DNA from: Callorhinchus milii
Lineage: Eukaryota
Reading direction: 5' to 3'
DNA length: 64,000 nt
NCBI RefSeq assembly: GCF_018977255.1
Contig: NW_024704764.1
Coordinates: 9,114,001 to 9,178,000, forward strand
Numbering within the stretch: the stretch's first letter is position 1; each line of letters opens with the position of its first letter. The notes beneath the pieces were generated by a model. It made no database searches. It was given only the letters and a program-made list of their open reading frames with translations, and was not told where the DNA came from. Below, one piece after another: positions 28,301 to 40,000 of this stretch. Made by a program: the position numbers and the translations under genes.

Positions 28301-30622
28301 ACCGGCACCTCGGAAGCTCAAGCGAGCAGAGCCGGGTTATTGAGAAGAACCAATAGTTTTTCAGGTTTTCTCCACTCCACGCCCAACGCAGGTTCCACCA
28401 ACGTGTCTTGGGGGGTTTCTGCAATGGCCACCATCACAGAAGAGTTCCCTGTGGACTCAATGGTGTGGGAGTATGTTAAGGACATCCATAGGACTCTGGT
28501 TCAGAGAATCAGCATCCAACACGGAGTCAAGATGATCGACATGCCGCTGGGGGAATTAGTGATCGTGAAGCTGACGGGAACGGACAGAACTGGGGTTCAA
28601 ATGGCCAAAAAGGAGCTGTTGTCTGTTTACATGTCCCTGATTGAGCGTCTGACCCAACAGTACCTTTTGTACTCGGACCTGGGCATCAGCGATTCCACAA
28701 AGACGATCCTGGATCAGCACTGGAGTCAACTGCGGAAACACTTCCCAGATGTCAGGTTCATTAGTGGTGAGGTCGGCGTTCACCTCCTTGGTCCGCGGGA
28801 GATATGCTCCCAAATAATTGACACTTTCAAGGCCCTACCGAGGGATGTTGCTCTCAGCTCAGCGCCTCGCTTGTCTTCCAAGACAAATGCAAGCTCCTCA
28901 GTAGACCCAGAGGAGGCAAATGTAAAGAGTAAGATGAAGCATTCAAAGGGGAAGGAGGACCCTGGGCAAGACTCCCCTCCCTTGGAACAGAGGATGTCAC
29001 CAAAAGAAATGAAGGATGATGTTGGGCTGGAGAATCAGATGGATGAGAGAAGTCAACAGAAGATGAACAGGCACGCGTCCGAAAAGGCCAAGAAGACCCT
29101 GCCCGACAGGTTTCACTTACCCTCTAAAGCGCCGAGGGAAAGCCATTGGTCTGATAAAGAAGGAAGTTCTCACCGGACGGAGCTGGATGCCCGGCAAGAC
29201 TCAAGGGACCAGGCGCGGGAGGGAGGCAGTGCCCACCAGCGAGACGAAAGCAGCGGGAGGAGGTCTCAAGGAAGGAAGAGCTCAAAAAACAGCCAGGAAA
29301 ATGTGCCCAGAGGTCCCGCCACAGGCAGCGAGGAGCAAGAGCCAAGTAAGGCAGCCGTTTTTTGTCATAACTGCAGGTTAGAACCTGCTAGGGGTTACCC
29401 CGTACAGGACTGTGCTCACCGGCTGTGTGACGACTGTTACCTTGTCAATCCGTCTTGCCCAGTGTGCACTCAGAGTCCCGTTGAAGGCACGATTGTCGGC
29501 AACATGTCCTATGGAATTCTCAACAGCGCGTTGGAGGGACATGAACACGAACTAACTTTAAAGATCATCTACAATATCCAGGATGGCACACAACAGGCAA
29601 GTGACCCCATGTCATGGTCTAAAAACCCAGGCTCCTCGGTGTGCGCGCGTTTGTGGTCTGTGTGTCCGGAGTTCCCAAGTGACGAGCGAGTTCAGGTCAA
29701 TAGAAACATTCAAGAGGGAACAACTGGTTAAGCAGCTGGGGGGGGGGGGGAAATATTAAGGAATATGGGGACAGAGGCGGATAATGGGATTAAAACGATC
29801 ATCATAATCCTCGCCATTACTGAGCTCCTCCTGTTTCTTATAGAGATGTGATCCAAACCCAGGGCGGCCATACAGAGGTGGGTGCTTTGAAGCCTTCCTG
29901 CCGAACAACAAGCAGGGGAGAAAAGTTCTGCAGCTGCTGACGAAGGCCTTCTACAAGGGGTTCATTTTCAAAATCATCTCCCTGCCCTCCGGGGAGGAGA
30001 AGGTCACGTGGAACAACATTCCGCACAAGACGAGTATCACGGGCGGCAAAATCCGGTATGTGCATTGCATCCCTTAGCCTCGTTCGCGCTGCTCGGTGTT
30101 TCAGACTGGGAACTAGAAGCTGCAGACAGTGCGCGTGTTTGTAGCCACGTACAGCCCTGACATGTTACCTGCCTGCAGCGATGATCAGGACACCGGGAGA
30201 ACTCCCTTTTCCCAGTAGCTTTGCGGGATATTTTAACATCCACAAGAAGGGTCACAGGCGGTTTGTAACATAATAATCCTTGCATTTGATATAGCGCCAT
30301 ATCGCGTCTTCCAGACATCTCAAAACGCTTCAATTTAACGGCTCCTCTGAAGGACGGCGCCTCTGGCAATGCGGCGTTTCCCCCCACCCCACCTCCCTCC
30401 CTCCCAGCGCCGCGCTGGAGTGTCAGCCGGTGACTGAGAGCTTGAATCCGTGACTTTCTGACCCAGAGGCGAGAGACCGACTGAGCTGAGGCTGATCTTT
30501 TTGAGGGTTAATTGTCACGTCTTTCATTTTAATGAAAAATTATCCCTTGCAGGGACGGCTATCCTGACTCCGGTTACCTCTGTACCGCACTGGCAGCTCT
30601 GCAGAGTCACGGGCTTGAATGA
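25352..30622 (+). CDS. Uncharacterised RBM43-like RRM/KH-like protein fused to RING and Deltex C-terminal domain (DTX3L-like E3 ubiquitin ligase), about 1121 aa. Exons 25352-25526, 26428-26531, 26792-29596, 29844-30055, 30553-30622
   Basis: MMERTVQVLNLPEDVPTHILEDKLLIHFLRPKNGGGDIAEITF...FEEAE|VAERVL (PARP14/NMI/RBM43-type RRM). A 2805-nt open exon ends in the RING CHNC-x12-CAHRLCDDC-x6-CPVC (29363-29467). DTC motifs IIYNIQDGTQQ|RCDPNPGRPY..AFLPNNKQGRKVLQLLTKAF..VTWNNIPHKTSITGG..|DGYPDSGYL..GLE*. 175+104+2805+212+70=3366 nt, in frame. Confidence 0.9.
25690..26150 (+). mobile_element. L2 LINE 3' fragment, closely similar to 14085-14500
   Basis: LAHLHWLPIPQRIEFKILILTYKAIQGLAPSYLSDLLSLYLPARTLRSSGSGLLHIP plus the tail. 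Confidence 0.85.
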
Positions 30623-33270
30623 TGGACCCTCGGGCTAGAGGGCGGAGCGGTCCGATTCCCTGCTGCATTCCTCATCGTATCTCTTTTTTTCCCCGAGAGC
30701 CTTTTTTTTGGTAACTATCAGGTGATTCCATGACACTTTGGAAGGTGAAGCGTGAACCACGGCCCCGAACTCCACGTGGAGAGAGAGGGAGAGGGAGAGA
30801 TCGTGAGAAGATGGGAGCCAGTGGAGGCCTGTGCCGGTTATGTGTGTAAATTGATCATTTACTAATATCAGATTGCTAAATAAAATTAGGATTGTTGACA
30901 AAATGGTACATTACCTTCTTACATTTATTTCAATGTTGAGGGGGTGGGGGGTGAGATAATGTATCAGCTAATCAGAGAGGACCCCCTTGCCACACAGGTC
31001 AGGTAAAATCCCTTGATATAAGCCTTGTGGTGAATGAAAGATCGGGGCAGCCAAGTTACGTGTACGTTTGTAGGACTGGAAGTCGCATAAAGCCACAGAA
31101 AACGAACCCGCTCGATTTGGTGCTCACAGCGGAGGGGTGGGGTGGGGGGGGTGGGGGGGGGGGAGTGAGAGATAGACACTTACCCAGTGATTCGAGCACG
31201 CACTTTATAATCTGCGTTTTATTAATCAGTCAAACACGTAAGGCATACGGTAACACCTGCAGAACAGCAGCGTAACGTTAACACTTCATCGCAGAATCCA
31301 TTGTAAACAGCGAACTGTAGTTATCGACAGTAATACACACGTAAGACCAAAGCTGCCGCTTAATAATGACCTCGGACTGAGGAGCGGACGGACGGAGAGA
31401 GCTGAGTCGTGGTTTTGTACGTGATCTCTCGCAGGATCACTTCTTCCCTGGAATATCCCAATTCAGGCCCTTTAAGTGTAAACTGTTGTCTGGGTCTGAG
31501 ACCACACCGCAGCTCTGGTGAGATCGGTCGGTACCCAAGCCAGGTGGTTGCCCGAGGCAGGGAAAACTATTGTAAAGCAGCTGGATTCTTCGGTCCTTTT
31601 TTTTTTCACAAAGTTGTATTGGCACAAAAAACTCACAGCAACCGAAGCGTTACAGAATAAGGCAGTGTGGGGCACGAGACATTCCCTCCGGACGGATGGA
31701 TTAAACAAGATTCCAGTCTCCTTCCGCCTGCCCACCTCGTTCGGCCGGCGAAAGCAAATGCAGCAGATATTCAGTTTATGAATCGCCAATTCCCACTCAG
31801 GGAATAACAACATTACATGGATTGTGTTAACTGGAGCCCACCTTAATACACTGGCAATGATCTGCCCCCCCAACACCACAAAAATACACAACCTTCCATT
31901 TTAACACAGCACCAAGAACGTCAAAACATCACAAAACACTTCATGGGGAGTGGCTGTAAAGTGTGTTTGTGGGCTTAACACAGCAGACGATTTGCGCACA
32001 GCAACGTCCCAAAACAGCCGTGAAACGAGTGAGCAATTTTCTGTGGAGGATTGTTGGCCGGGACACTGGGAGAGAGCGAGAGAGGGGGGGAGGGGGGACA
32101 CTCCCTGCTCTTTGCGTGTAGCGCCACAGGATTTTTACTTGAAAGGGCAAAATGGGACCTGGGGGCGGCGAAGCCTCTCATCCAAAGGATGGCACTCTCT
32201 CACAGAGTAGCTCTATTTCCCCCCAACCCCAGCACTGTACTGGAGCGTCAGCCTAGCCCGAGAGTTCAAAGTCCTAATGTGGGGCTTGAACCCACAATCT
32301 TGAGACACTGAGGCGAGAGCGTGACCGACTGAGCCAGGCCGACACCAGCCCTTTTAGTAAAGTCCGGATATTTCCTTCCCTTTGGTGAAAATGACCGAGC
32401 GATCATTCAATGAAGGCGTTACTAACGAGGCCTCTTAATATGCACGATTGGAGTATGGCACTAAAAAACGGGGTTACTCTAACCTAAAAGACTAAATTAG
32501 TCCTGAAAGGAGATTATGGGACATCAACGATCTAACCCCACCTCACAGTAACATGGGAAAAGGCACAGGGAACTTTAGTTACAAACTGGAATGAAGACTT
32601 CTAAGACGAGGAGAGTAATTCTCAGAATGAACCCCAGCGCACGGGGTAGAATTGAGGAGGAAGTACTTTCAGCTCAATGCCATTGTTTTGTATGTGTGAG
32701 ACAGAGGGGAGCATCTATAAGCGAGGGACCACGTTTTATACCATCCCATAGTTAAGGTAGAAGCACTGAATGCGACCACACAAGTCGGGGTCCTTTTAGG
32801 GAGCCGGGCAGAATTTTGAAGCCTTAGAGCGCTTTAGTTACTGAACAGTGTTAGAGCAAGCACATCGCTTTATCAGTGGGTAATAGTGGTTTAGTGGAGG
32901 ACAGCTTAGCGTTATAGCACACTGGTCCTCGCCATCGTTCCTGTTACACGTCAACACAGTTACGACGTGGGGGGTGGGGGGGGGGTGGGGAGGGAGAGGA
33001 GAGGGTTTAATATAGAAGCTTACTGCAGGTTAATGTTGGTAGAAAGGTGATCACCGGGGGTGGGAATCCTTCGGAAAGGGCAGTAAATTGGGTTCCGTCC
33101 CGTAAACGGCACTAAGGTGTAGCCAGACCCTCAAGTCAGCCCCTGATCCCAAAAGAAAGGCAGCGTTAAAGGCAATTCACAATGTTAAATCCTGTCAGGG
33201 GAAGGGATGTGTGTGTGGGTGGGTGGGTGGGTGCGGGGAGGGGGGAGGATGGGGAGGGAATACTCGGATT

Positions 33271-34027
33271 CTACTCTTCACTTTTCTTTGCCTCTGGGAC
33301 CAGGATGACTTTGCCGATGTTCTTCCGTTCCTGCATTTGCCTCATGGCATCACCGACCTGAAACAGGGGGAGGGGAGAGAAACAGCCAGTGAGAACGAGA
33401 GGGAGAGCGCGAGCGAGCGAGCGAGCGGGTAGAGCTCACAGCACCATCAAAACATCCCGAGTGCATCTCTGCAATTGCCCCGCAGCCAACCAGTTATGCT
33501 TAAGAGTATCTAAATCGCACCGAGAGCTCCATGCATCCCATCTACACATGGAAATGCCAGAGAATGTCGGAGGTTGGCAGGACCCAAGGCTTGGGGACCC
33601 CAGAGTGTGTGTTGGGGTCCCTAGAAAATCCTCCCGCTCGGCCCCTGTCCGGCAAGCTTTCCCGCAGGGCTAACAGGAACTGAGCGGGAGGATTGTCAAC
33701 CAGGGGAGGCCCTTCAAGCAGTAATGAGAGGTGACCACATGATGTCGCTCTAAACTGTCTGGGGACTAACCCGCGAGCCATTGGTTTATTGCCCTGTGGG
33801 CCTTTTGTTGTGATTTACAAATTGGACGTTAGAATACATCAGAATATACAGCGCAGAAACAGGCCATTCGGCCCAACTGGTCTATGCGGGTGTTTATACT
33901 CCACATGCGACTCCTCCTGCACCCCCTCAACTAAGCCTTCAAGCAGAACCTTCTATTCCTTTCTCCCTCATGTACATGACGATTGAGACGTCTAGAAGAC
34001 GCGAAAAGCGCTATATCAAACGCAAGG

Positions 34028-34065
<38 letters not shown>

Positions 34066-37000
34066 CATATAGCTTTCCCTTAAATTTGTGCTATTTGGCC
34101 TCAACAACTCCTTGCGGTACCATGTTCCACAGTCCCACTTCTCTCTGTGTGAAGAAATTTCTTCTAACTTCCCTATTTGATCTATTAATGACTATTTTAT
34201 GTTGATGGCCCCTGGTTTTGGTTTCCTTCACCAGAGGAAACATCTTCCCTGTGTCGATCCTATCAAAACCTTTCAATATTTTAAAGACCTCTACCAGGTC
34301 ACCCCTTACCCTCCGCTCTCTTTTCGAGAGAAAACTTTGCAGCAATAGCTGACAACGCAGTCCTGAGGTAGGAAGGAACAGGCAAATGTGCAGATTGAAC
34401 AAAAAAAANCACAGCTGTCACAACAGGTCAAAGTGCTTCTGAGTCATTGACGTGTAGTGACTGGCTGTCAGACTGAGAACAGAGTTTCTCTGCTGGCGTC
34501 CTGGCCGACAATTCTCCCAGAGAGAGAGAGAAAACGAGAAAAAAAAACTTCACTTCACGGCTGTTTAGAGGGACGTCGCCTTGTGCAAATTGGCCGCCGC
34601 GCCTACCTACAAATACACTGTCACTATTCTTTACAGTAAAATCCTGTGAAGCGCTTTGAGGCCTTCCTCCCACCCCTTGAGGTGAAAGGGAGTGAGTGAA
34701 ACAAGGTGTGGAGTCAAATTCAGGCTAGACTTTAGCTGTGCGCTGACTGGCACCTTTTTGGGGCCTCGGACATGGGTGGGGGGAGGAGGGAGAGGAGGGG
34801 GCAGCTTTGGCCAAACTCTGGCCCCCTCCCTGCGGGATGGCACAAAGACCCTGACCTGCTCGAATGACCACACGGAGTCCACTCGGGGCTTGATCTTGCC
34901 GTCCTTGTACAGAGCGAGCAGCTTGACCACCACCTTGGAGATCTGCTCGGCCTCCAGGTAGCCCAAGTGGTAGCCACACACGGCCTTGTTGGACTGCAGC
35001 AGCTGCAGGGAGTTGATGGAGAACTTGTTCCACCAGGTCCTGGCCAGAGCCATGAGGTTCCTCTTCTGCCCGGCCAACAGTGTAGACGCTCCTAGGACAA
35101 GGGTGAACCCAGAGCCAACAGAGTCAGAAACAGACGACAGACAGACAGAGAAAAAGAAAGACGAGAGAGAGAGAGAGAGAGAGACAGAAACAAAACCAAG
35201 TGAGAGATCTTGGTGATTTATTAGTGACTGGTTAACCAGAGGCCATCATTGTGACTGAAACAGTCGCATTTCATCGCGTTGATAATTTTATCACATAATC
35301 GGTCCGTGAAAGGTCGCAGATGGGGGTGCGGCGGAGGGGGTGGGGTGGGGGGTAGGGGCAGAGAGTTCCGCCGGTCGGTAACGGAAGGGCTAGGCCACTT
35401 GCCTCCATCTTGAGCTGAACGCAAGTCACATCCCAGCTCCTCGAGGCAGGACATACTCGGAATACCATTCCAGGTTTTCCCACCAGCTCTGTCCCCAGTC
35501 TGGCCTCATTACAAACACTTGCCGCACTGTACAATGCTGATGATTTATGGTTCTGGCATGAACTTGTTGGCCTGGTTTTCAGGTCCAGTGACCTCCCTCT
35601 CGCTCCCGCTCCCCCACCCCGGCCGGCCGGCACACAGGCTCTTTCCTGTCCATCTCTCCCCGCCCCCACTCCCCTCCCAACCCCGTTAGCAGAGCTCCGA
35701 GTCTCGGCCTCGGGCCACTCCCAAGCCGGGAATGTTCCGTCAAACACCATCTGGAGATAAAAAGCTTGACCCCAGTCCCCAGGGAGACGTCGAGAGGGAA
35801 ACAGACCCGGCTCAGAGACTTCCACACAGGAAAACCCTCCTCAGCGCTAGGCAGAGTTCAGCCATATTTGGCTCTCACTGCAGTAGAGTTCCATTACAAG
35901 GCGCCCCTCCATCTCCTCACCGCCCTCCCCCCCTCCAACCCCCACGTCACTGGGTCACTGATTATGGCAGCCCCCAATCCCCCAGCCCCAGCCCCCACCC
36001 ACCCCACCCATGAACCCGCGTTTGGATTCAGAGCGCTACAAAACGGGCCGATTGCCACGCGATCAGGTGGCCGAGCTCACTTCCTGCTCTCGCAAACACC
36101 CAGGAAGTGACGCCGATCGTGACCGGGATGACCCAGAGGTCGGCCGTTTCGAAACGCCCGGCGTGCGTGTGTGAGTGCGACTTACCAAACGTGATGATCT
36201 TCCCCATGGGCTTCAGCAAGTGAAACCCTTTCGCCGTGTCCGCTCCACCCAGCGGGTCGAGTACGATGTCAACGCCTGTCCCCGGGGGTGGGTGGGGGGG
36301 GTGCGGAGTGTGGGGTGGGGGAGAAAGAGAGAGAGAGATTATTCGTTGGGTCAGCCGGGTGTCTGACACGAGGAAACCCATCACCGTTGCCTAAGAGTCT
36401 CCAAACCAGGTTGTGGATTGAGGGAGACTGTGGGTGCCAACCTCACTGTCGTATCAGTAGATTGTGGGGGGTGGGGTGGAGGGGAGGGTGAAGGGTGCGG
36501 AGCATGAGGAGCAGCGGGGGTGGGCGTGGGGGTCGGAGGGACGAGAACAGGCCCCGGCGCAGATAGACACGTATCGCCAGTTCCTTCCTACCTTTGGGCG
36601 AGATCTTGCGAACTTCCTCCACGTAGTCTAAGGTGCGGTAGTCGATGGGGTGGCTGACTCCGTTCTCCTTGATGGTCTCGTGTTTGGAGGCGGAGGAGGT
36701 GCCGAACACAGTGACGTCCTTCACCAGCTTACACAGCTGGGTGGCCGCGATGCCCACCCCACCTGCGGGCACAACGCCAACCCCAAAGGTTAATCTCACC
36801 CCCGGCATCTCAACAACAACACATGACATGTACACACAGAGCCTGCCTTCCGCGTCGGGAGGCCGTCCCAAGGCGCTGGGCGCTCCGGGATCTGCACCCG
36901 AGCTGGTGGTTGGGATCAGGAGTGGGGGGGAGAGGGTAGGGGGTGAGAGGGTAACCAAAGGCACGGTCGAAGTGGGGGGAGTGGGAGGAGGGGGAGCAGA

Positions 37001-40000
37001 GTGGCATCAATTATAAAATAAATCAATCAATCCTCGCATTTGATACTGTGTCGCACACAGTCATATATTCCACCTGTAACTCATACTACTTGTGTTGCTC
37101 TCCCTTCCCCCCACCCATCCCCCCCCCACCCCCACCCCCTCCACCCTCCAAAACCAGCCACAAACCCATGACCTTGAACCAGCGTCCGTGCTGTGGGGAA
37201 AACTCAAGATAAATCTCCTCGCGTGGCTCCCGGCCAGGCTGAGCCGAGCTGAGCTCCGTCTCGTGACCCACCGCACAATCCCTGGAACAGACCTTCCTTC
37301 ACCTTACGTCCTGTCCAAGTCCGTACAAACAGTTGGAAGCGATTGGTAAAAGCTTCGCTCTGCGCTGGCGCACACCTCGTTCGGCCTGGGCGTTGGCCCG
37401 CCGAGACGCACGGTCGCTACGCTTCACGGTGCATTCCTGCGCAGCGCTCGGAGACGTCTCGACGACGCGTGGCTTTTATTTTATTTATTCAGGGGGTCGG
37501 GCGGAGCTCCGCAGGGATCCCCGCCGAGCGTGGAGGAGGTCTAGTGACCGGTTCGGTGGGCGCTGCGCAACTCAGCCAACGTTGGGGTACGCGGGGTGGG
37601 GGTGTGTGTGTGTGTTGTGTGTGTGTGTACGTATTCACGTGTGTGAGACACACACACACACACACACATGCGGACAATTCACCGAACACACCAAGTTAAA
37701 CGTACAGAATTTCCCGTGCGTTGTTGTTGTTGCAATTGAATTGAAGTCAGTTTTCACAGTGATTTCCTCTCCAACCCCCAACCCCACCCTCTCCCCCTTC
37801 CCCTTCTCTCAACCACACACACACACACACAAAACCACACAGGAACAGCTTCTTAACAGTAGAATCGAATGCAAACAGGATTAGCACTGGAATGAACCGA
37901 ATTCCTGAGCAACAGGTTTCCAGGGGAAAAGTCCAGTCCCACCCACAAAAAAAACACCCCCTCTCTTTCTGTGGCAACGAGAATCCCAATAACCTGCTGT
38001 CCCGGGGCAGGGGGTGTGGATTCCCCGGCTCAATCTCTCGTCCTCTCGCCTCCCGGACAGATTCAAGTCCCCCGTTGAGACCTCGAGCTCACGGTTTGGG
38101 CCGAGACCTTAAAAAAAAAACGAGCTACACGTCTGCGACCTGTCCGGGGGAGTGTTAAAGATCTCCCCTTGCGCTGTCGGAGAAGAGAAGGGAGTTTCTC
38201 TCTCTCTCTCTCTCTCTCCCCGGTGTCCTGGCTGACACCCACCACCCCCAGCCCCCACCCCAACCCCAAGATAAAATCACTCACACCCGCACTCACACAC
38301 ACACACACGCACACACATGCACACTCGCTCCAGGACACACACACACACACACACACACACACCCACGTAGACACACACACACTCGCTCCAGGACTCACTC
38401 ACACACACGCGCGCACGCGCACACATACACACACACACACACACATGCACGCTCGCTCCAGGACTCGCTCGCACACACGCGCGCGCACACGCAAGCACGC
38501 GCACGCAGACTTCAGGGCCGGAGAAAGAGCCTTGGTGCTGTATAACGTAACAAAGCATCACATTCTCCTGCCCACGTCGCTCGCTCTTAACACGCGAGGA
38601 ACGTCTTGTATGGAGAGAACTGCCCAACCCAACCGCAAGCGATCCCCAGGGGTTGGATGCAACCAACTTGTATTTAGTTGGTCGCATCCCCAGGGAAACA
38701 GACAAGACGACGGAAGCAGAAGGCGTAGATTCTCTCAGGAACAAACGAGACAGATTCCTGTTAGGAAATAATATCTGGGGGAATGCAGTGTATGGTTTGG
38801 CGAATACCGGCAGCCAATTGGGCACAGAAGTGTCCCACAAACAGTCATGGATTGAAATTATTATTATTTTTTGGGGGGGAGGAGGGATAATCCACTAACA
38901 ACCCTACTAACTGCTGGGTAAACAGAGGCGTGTGTGTGTGTGCGTGTGGGGAGTAAGGAAACTTGCCCGATGTTTCGCCCTGACCTGACCCTCCCGGGAA
39001 TCGAACCCAGGTCCTCTCGCTTGCGAGGCGAGCTCTCTAACCACTGACTCCGCAACGTTCTCCCCCTTTTTTTTGGCGGCAGCGATCTTGAACGACAGCT
39101 CTGGGGTTAGGTTAGTTGAGTAACTCGGGACGACACAACTCAACCCTATCAGCGGTGAAAGTGTTTCCGGTTTGCCTGCAACGGGAGGAAATGGCGCGTT
39201 CTGGCACTTGGCCCATCCATTTTCCTGTATAACATACAAACGGGAAAAACACACACACACAGACAAGGGTGGGGGGGTGTTTCCCTCTCCCGAGGACTAG
39301 AAGTCGTTCGACACCCACTTCAGTCACCCTCCCACCACCAATTAATGTGCAGGAGACATACTTACCTTCCACCCTCCCTGCCCTCCACCCCTCCTGATCC
39401 TGATCCCGATCCCAACCCCCAGCTCGGGTGCAAACCCCCTCATTGCCCAGATCCTTGGGGGACTTCCTCCCGACGTGAAAAGCCCCGTGTAAATGTAAAT
39501 GTGCTGTTATCGCTGTTGTGGGGCTAAGACGGGTAATGGAGGTTGAGGTACAGACCGGCCACGATCTTTAGAACGGGCTCGAGGGGCTGAATGGCCTCCT
39601 CCTGTTCCTATGTTTGTTGTGGAACAGGGATATGAGCAGGAGAGGGGGAAGAATCCCATTCCCTCCCACGGCCGGCCGGTCCGACTTGGATATAGGTGTG
39701 GTCTCAGCCGGGAATAGCCGGGAATAGCCGGGAGCGAGTGAGTGACTTACCGGCTGCCATGTGCACCAGCACACTCTGCCCTGGCTGCAGATTGCCGAAA
39801 TCGTAGATCATCATGTAGGCGGTGACGTAATTGACCAGGATGGCTGCCGCCTCCTCAAAACCCATCCCGTCCGGCATCAGGAAGGCGTTGTCGGCCGGAA
39901 TCACCGCCAGCTCCGCCCACAGCCCTCCCCGATTCAGCATAAACACCTTGTCCCCCACCTGAGAGCGAGAGCGAGAGAGAGAGAGAGACGCAACTCTTTA

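Noticed and set aside
38655-38689. 14-bp imperfect hairpin in VAT1 intron 2, and a 13-bp inverted pair at 33627-33694
   Set aside because: Short, located in repeat-rich introns, and most simply remnants of small transposons.
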